A stretch of DNA of 64,000 bases, taken from positions 295 through 64,294 of the forward strand of contig CALAAS010000003.1 in the NCBI GenBank assembly GCA_937885015.1, written 5' to 3'. Made by a program: the position numbers and the translations under genes. This stretch comes from an uncultured Clostridium sp. GTDB lineage: Bacteria > Bacillota > Clostridia > Lachnospirales > Lachnospiraceae. Position 1 is the first letter of the stretch; every line of letters begins with the position of its first letter. The notes beneath the pieces are model-generated. The model was not told the DNA's origin, made no database searches, and was given only the letters and a program-made list of their open reading frames with translations. This document shows, one piece after another, positions 61,361-64,000 of the stretch.

Positions 61361-61753
61361 TTATTTTGCCGGTCCGACTCCTCCTGTCATCGCCTCATGC
61401 TCCTTTTTCAGTTCCCGGTACAGCGTTACCGAGTCCCACATCTGGTTCGTCGGAGTCAAAATAGCTTTATAATCAATCCGACCTACTCCTTTTTTCCGAA
61501 GCGCCTGAATAAATGCATCCACCTTTCCAGAGGTAAAACCGGCCATCACCGCCATTTCGTCCTCAAAATCCCCTGGATTCTCCACAGCAGATACCGGAAA
61601 ATCCTTCACCCCAGCCAAAGTTCCCACCGGCAGTCCATATTCTTCCTTCCCCACAGTCCGAATCCGAACTCCCAGGGGAAGCAGCGCCATCCTTACCTTT
61701 AACAGTCTGTCCCGATCTGCCGTAAAATTATAAAGTAATACCGTTTCCTTCAT
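61361..61753 (-). CDS. Small conserved protein, probably DUF3783-like
   Basis: 130 aa. N-terminus MKETVLLYNF... and C-terminus ..LTPTNQMWDSVTLYRELKKEH match my recollection of DUF3783 proteins. Not verified. Confidence 0.4.
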   Translation of the reverse strand: MKETVLLYNFTADRDRLLKVRMALLPLGVRIRTVGKEEYGLPVGTLAGVKDFPVSAVENPGDFEDEMAVMAGFTSGKVDAFIQALRKKGVGRIDYKAILTPTNQMWDSVTLYRELKKEHEAMTGGVGPAK

Positions 61754-61863
61754 CTGTTCTCTCCATCCTTAATAAGCAGCCATATATCACTAGCTTTTCC
61801 TCTTTTTCAAATCTATAAACCGGATTCTCTGCAATTTTCTTCCTGCTTTATCGAAATCACAAG

Positions 61864-62409
61864 TTACAATTTCTTTTCCAGCAGCACCAGATTTACCCCG
61901 GGAATCCCATTAAATTCGCAGGGAATCACTCCCGCCTCCTGATACCCCAGCTTTTTGTACATCAACCTGGCAGCCTGATTCTTCTCATTGGTATCCATCC
62001 GGAGAAAAGAACAACCCTGTTCCAGAGCATATCGCTCATAGTATTCCAAAAACTGTCTTCCAAATCCCCTCTTTCCCCGATCCGGATCCACTGTCAGCGT
62101 ATGAAGAACCATAACCTCCTCGCCCCTGACCTGAAATTGCCAGCTGCCATCCCGGTATGCCTCCACCTGATTCTGATTGATAATAGCCGAGGCCACCACC
62201 AATCCGTCTTCTTCCATAACAAAAAGATCCTGACGCTTCAGTGCATCCACAGCGGTTCGCTCCACCGGGTAAACTCCCGGAAGCCAGCCAATCTGCATCC
62301 TTCCATCCTGCTCCCAGGCATGAATCTTTTCATAAATTTTTACAACACCGGAAATATCCGTCTCCCTGGCCTTTCGAATGACCGTCACTTTCTTTTCCTT
62401 CTCTTCCAT
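61864..62409 (-). CDS. GNAT-family N-acetyltransferase
   Basis: 181 aa. Acetyl-CoA binding motif RGKRGFGRQFLEYYERYA and a C-terminal LGYQE tail. Confidence 0.8.
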   Translation of the reverse strand: MEEKEKKVTVIRKARETDISGVVKIYEKIHAWEQDGRMQIGWLPGVYPVERTAVDALKRQDLFVMEEDGLVVASAIINQNQVEAYRDGSWQFQVRGEEVMVLHTLTVDPDRGKRGFGRQFLEYYERYALEQGCSFLRMDTNEKNQAARLMYKKLGYQEAGVIPCEFNGIPGVNLVLLEKKL

Positions 62410-62477
62410 GTATCGAACACCCTCCCATAATCAGCAAGACGCCGGTTCCCAGATTTCATAGGGCGCATTTTCCTGTG

Positions 62478-62527
62478 AAATAAAAAGGAAAAGGACTCTG
62501 AAACCGGTCTGTCTTGTTTCAGAGTCC
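62478..62527 (-). terminator. Rho-independent terminator of the 62577-62861 gene
   Basis: 12-bp stem GGACTCTGAAAC/GTTTCAGAGTCC (62493-62504 pairs with 62516-62527), followed on the minus strand by TTTTCCTTTTTATTT. Confidence 0.7.
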
Positions 62528-62576
62528 CTCATCTCCTTCTGTTCCATGGTTCTCCAGTCTGTCTCATCGTTCCTTC

Positions 62577-62861
62577 TCAGATTCCCAACAATACACGGAA
62601 TCTGTTCTCAGCCTCCTTCTCATCTGCGCCATCAAAATAAAATATCACACTCCGCTTCTGGAGCTGCATCCCCTGCTGTAACTCATTATAGTCCTTTACA
62701 TTAAACTTCAGATGGCCTCCAAAAATAAAAATGTCGCATCCGAACCTGTTTGCCGCCTGAATAACAGCCGAGATTGGAAGGGATGCACGGCGCTGATTTC
62801 CCGACATATCGTAACGTCTTGCCGTCATAAACATACCCCCTCGCGAAATAAAACAAGTCAC
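62577..62861 (-). CDS. Small hypothetical protein, possibly degenerate HPr-like
   Basis: 94-aa ORF whose real start may be an internal Met. The pattern VIQAANRFGCDIFIF....FNVKDYNEL weakly resembles HPr-like small proteins. Low confidence. Confidence 0.3.
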   Translation of the reverse strand: MTCFISRGGMFMTARRYDMSGNQRRASLPISAVIQAANRFGCDIFIFGGHLKFNVKDYNELQQGMQLQKRSVIFYFDGADEKEAENRFRVLLGI

Positions 62862-63003
62862 TCAGCAGTAATATTTGTTAAATTTATCATAGCACATTTT
62901 AAAGTTCTGTCAATCTTTTTATTTTTATTTTATTTTTGCTTTACTTTTTTACTTAACCTTTCTGTCAGATGCATTCCAGACTCCATTTGCGCATACCTAT
63001 ATC

Positions 63004-63531
63004 ATGGAAAACTCACATATACCGGAGGTTTTTATGAATTCCTATTCATCCATAAGCGGTATCATCACTCAAATCCAGCCTGGCGCTGAGCAGATAAACG
63101 ACAGCGCATCCTATGGCTGTACCCTTTTTTTTACCATACGTTCCCGGCAGCAGGAGGAGGTTATTTTTACAGTTACCGGCGACACCTACGTGGTAGACAA
63201 TTTCCCCTTTAATCCGGGAGATTCCATTACCATCTTTTATGACACCAGTGCGCCGGTCCCGCTGGTTTATCCGCCGCGCTACCGGGCTATCGTGGCCGCC
63301 CTGGGAAATTACTACCAGTACTATCTGGGAGAATTCCATAACAATCTCGTCAGCAAGGATGGAACCCTTCAGCTTTCCGACTCTATCCCGCTCCCCATGC
63401 TTCTTCCCAATGGGCAGCCTTACAGCGGCGCTCTGACCGGAAAGCCGGTGCTGGTGGAATATACCTCTTCCACCAAAAGCATCCCGGCCCAGGTCGTACC
63501 CAACCGGCTATTTGTTTTCTGCTACACCTGA
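63004..63531 (+). CDS. Hypothetical protein
   Basis: The likely start is the ATG at 63034 (GGAGG 6 nt upstream), giving 165 aa. No family recognised. The hairpin at 63569-63586 follows it. Confidence 0.5.
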   Translation: MENSHIPEVFMNSYSSISGIITQIQPGAEQINDSASYGCTLFFTIRSRQQEEVIFTVTGDTYVVDNFPFNPGDSITIFYDTSAPVPLVYPPRYRAIVAALGNYYQYYLGEFHNNLVSKDGTLQLSDSIPLPMLLPNGQPYSGALTGKPVLVEYTSSTKSIPAQVVPNRLFVFCYT

Positions 63532-63562
63532 TCAACCCATCTTAATTGTATGATCAAAGCAC

Positions 63563-63590
63563 TAAAAAGGGGCAGTTTCCTGCCCCCTTG
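63563..63590. terminator. Bidirectional terminator-like hairpin between convergent genes
   Basis: GGGGCAG-TTTC-CTGCCCC (63569-63586), flanked by A5 on the left, which reads as T5 after the hairpin on the minus strand. Confidence 0.5.
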
Positions 63591-63650
63591 TCCGTATCCA
63601 TATAATATAATACTGCCTGTAACCAAGGAATCCTTCCAGCATCTCTGTTC

Positions 63651-64000
63651 TTAATGCAGAACACCCTGAGCATCTGCCACCATGCCATTGGGAACCACAC
63701 AGTTAGTCCAGAGAGCTCCACTGGCCGGATCCAGGAAATACCACTGATTATTGATCAGTTGGTAGCTGGACTTTCTGGCGCCTCTCGTTCCATCCGAAAC
63801 AGGATTCAAGTAGTACCAGTAACCATTGATAAACTGCCAGTCTGTCTTCATAGCCCCCTTCGTTCCGTCGGAAACGGGATTCAGATAGAACCAGTTATTA
63901 TCGGTATAAATCCATCCTGTTGCCATATAGCCGTTGGCGTGGAACCAGAACCAGTTATTGTCGATAAATCTCCACTGATTTGCCAAACGCACACCGTTCT
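63651..64000 (-). CDS. Cell-wall-binding repeat (CW_binding_1 / choline-binding-like) protein, C-terminal part only
   Basis: Repeats GWIYTDNNWFYLNPVSDGTKGAM, DWQFINGYWYYLNPVSDGTRGAR and SYQLINNQWYFLDPASGAL. The reading frame stays open to the window edge, so the N-terminus lies outside the window. Confidence 0.7.
   Translation of the reverse strand, partial: NGVRLANQWRFIDNNWFWFHANGYMATGWIYTDNNWFYLNPVSDGTKGAMKTDWQFINGYWYYLNPVSDGTRGARKSSYQLINNQWYFLDPASGALWTNCVVPNGMVADAQGVLH

Noticed and set aside
62712-63089. 125-aa plus-strand ORF crossing the T-rich spacer at 62862-63003.
   Set aside because: It runs antisense through the 62577-62861 gene and across a promoter-like T-tract region. The downstream gene has a much better start at 63034.

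Overview
This 64-kb chromosomal window looks like a spore-forming Clostridia (Lachnospiraceae-like) genome. It holds about 58 protein-coding genes, roughly 50 of them on the minus strand. I saw no rRNA, tRNA, CRISPR array, transposase or integrase by eye. All calls come from motif and architecture recognition and manual reading of both strands; no database search or computation was run.

Left part: the housekeeping block codY-topA-dprA-comM, an unknown gene coupled to an alpha/beta hydrolase, PFOR (nifJ), a VanW/G5 wall protein and a PHP phosphoesterase.

Centre: tetrapyrrole and cobalamin genes in three pieces.
- A SirC-like gene plus a HemC-CobA-HemD triple fusion (15.1-18.2 kb).
- cobT-cobU-cobS-short cobU paralog-cbiB-cobD-cbiP-cbiC (21.8-29.4 kb).
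- cbiD-F-G-H-J/E-A-T plus a translationally coupled Dus-like flavoenzyme (37.8-46.2 kb).
The last two pieces are separated by an 8.3-kb module. It encodes an RND pump, an adaptor, two TolC-like proteins and an intramembrane-sensing two-component system.

Right part: a SASP gene, a PadR-DUF1700-DUF4097 module, rpsA/ispH, an insertion carrying LysR, TAXI-TRAP, an M29-like enzyme and a truncated permease, then cmk, a flavoprotein, a two-domain PPK2, a GNAT and a cell-wall-binding repeat protein cut by the window end.

The most unusual items are:
- a 78-aa Cys/Gly-rich small membrane protein next to cbiC;
- the efflux/TCS module in an apparently monoderm genome, whose RND permease lacks about 57 residues after TM1;
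- a roughly 90-nt structured intergenic repeat family with compensatory stem changes;
- B12 operons with no visible cobalamin riboswitch;
- a second, shortened CobU paralog preceded by a 31-codon ORF.
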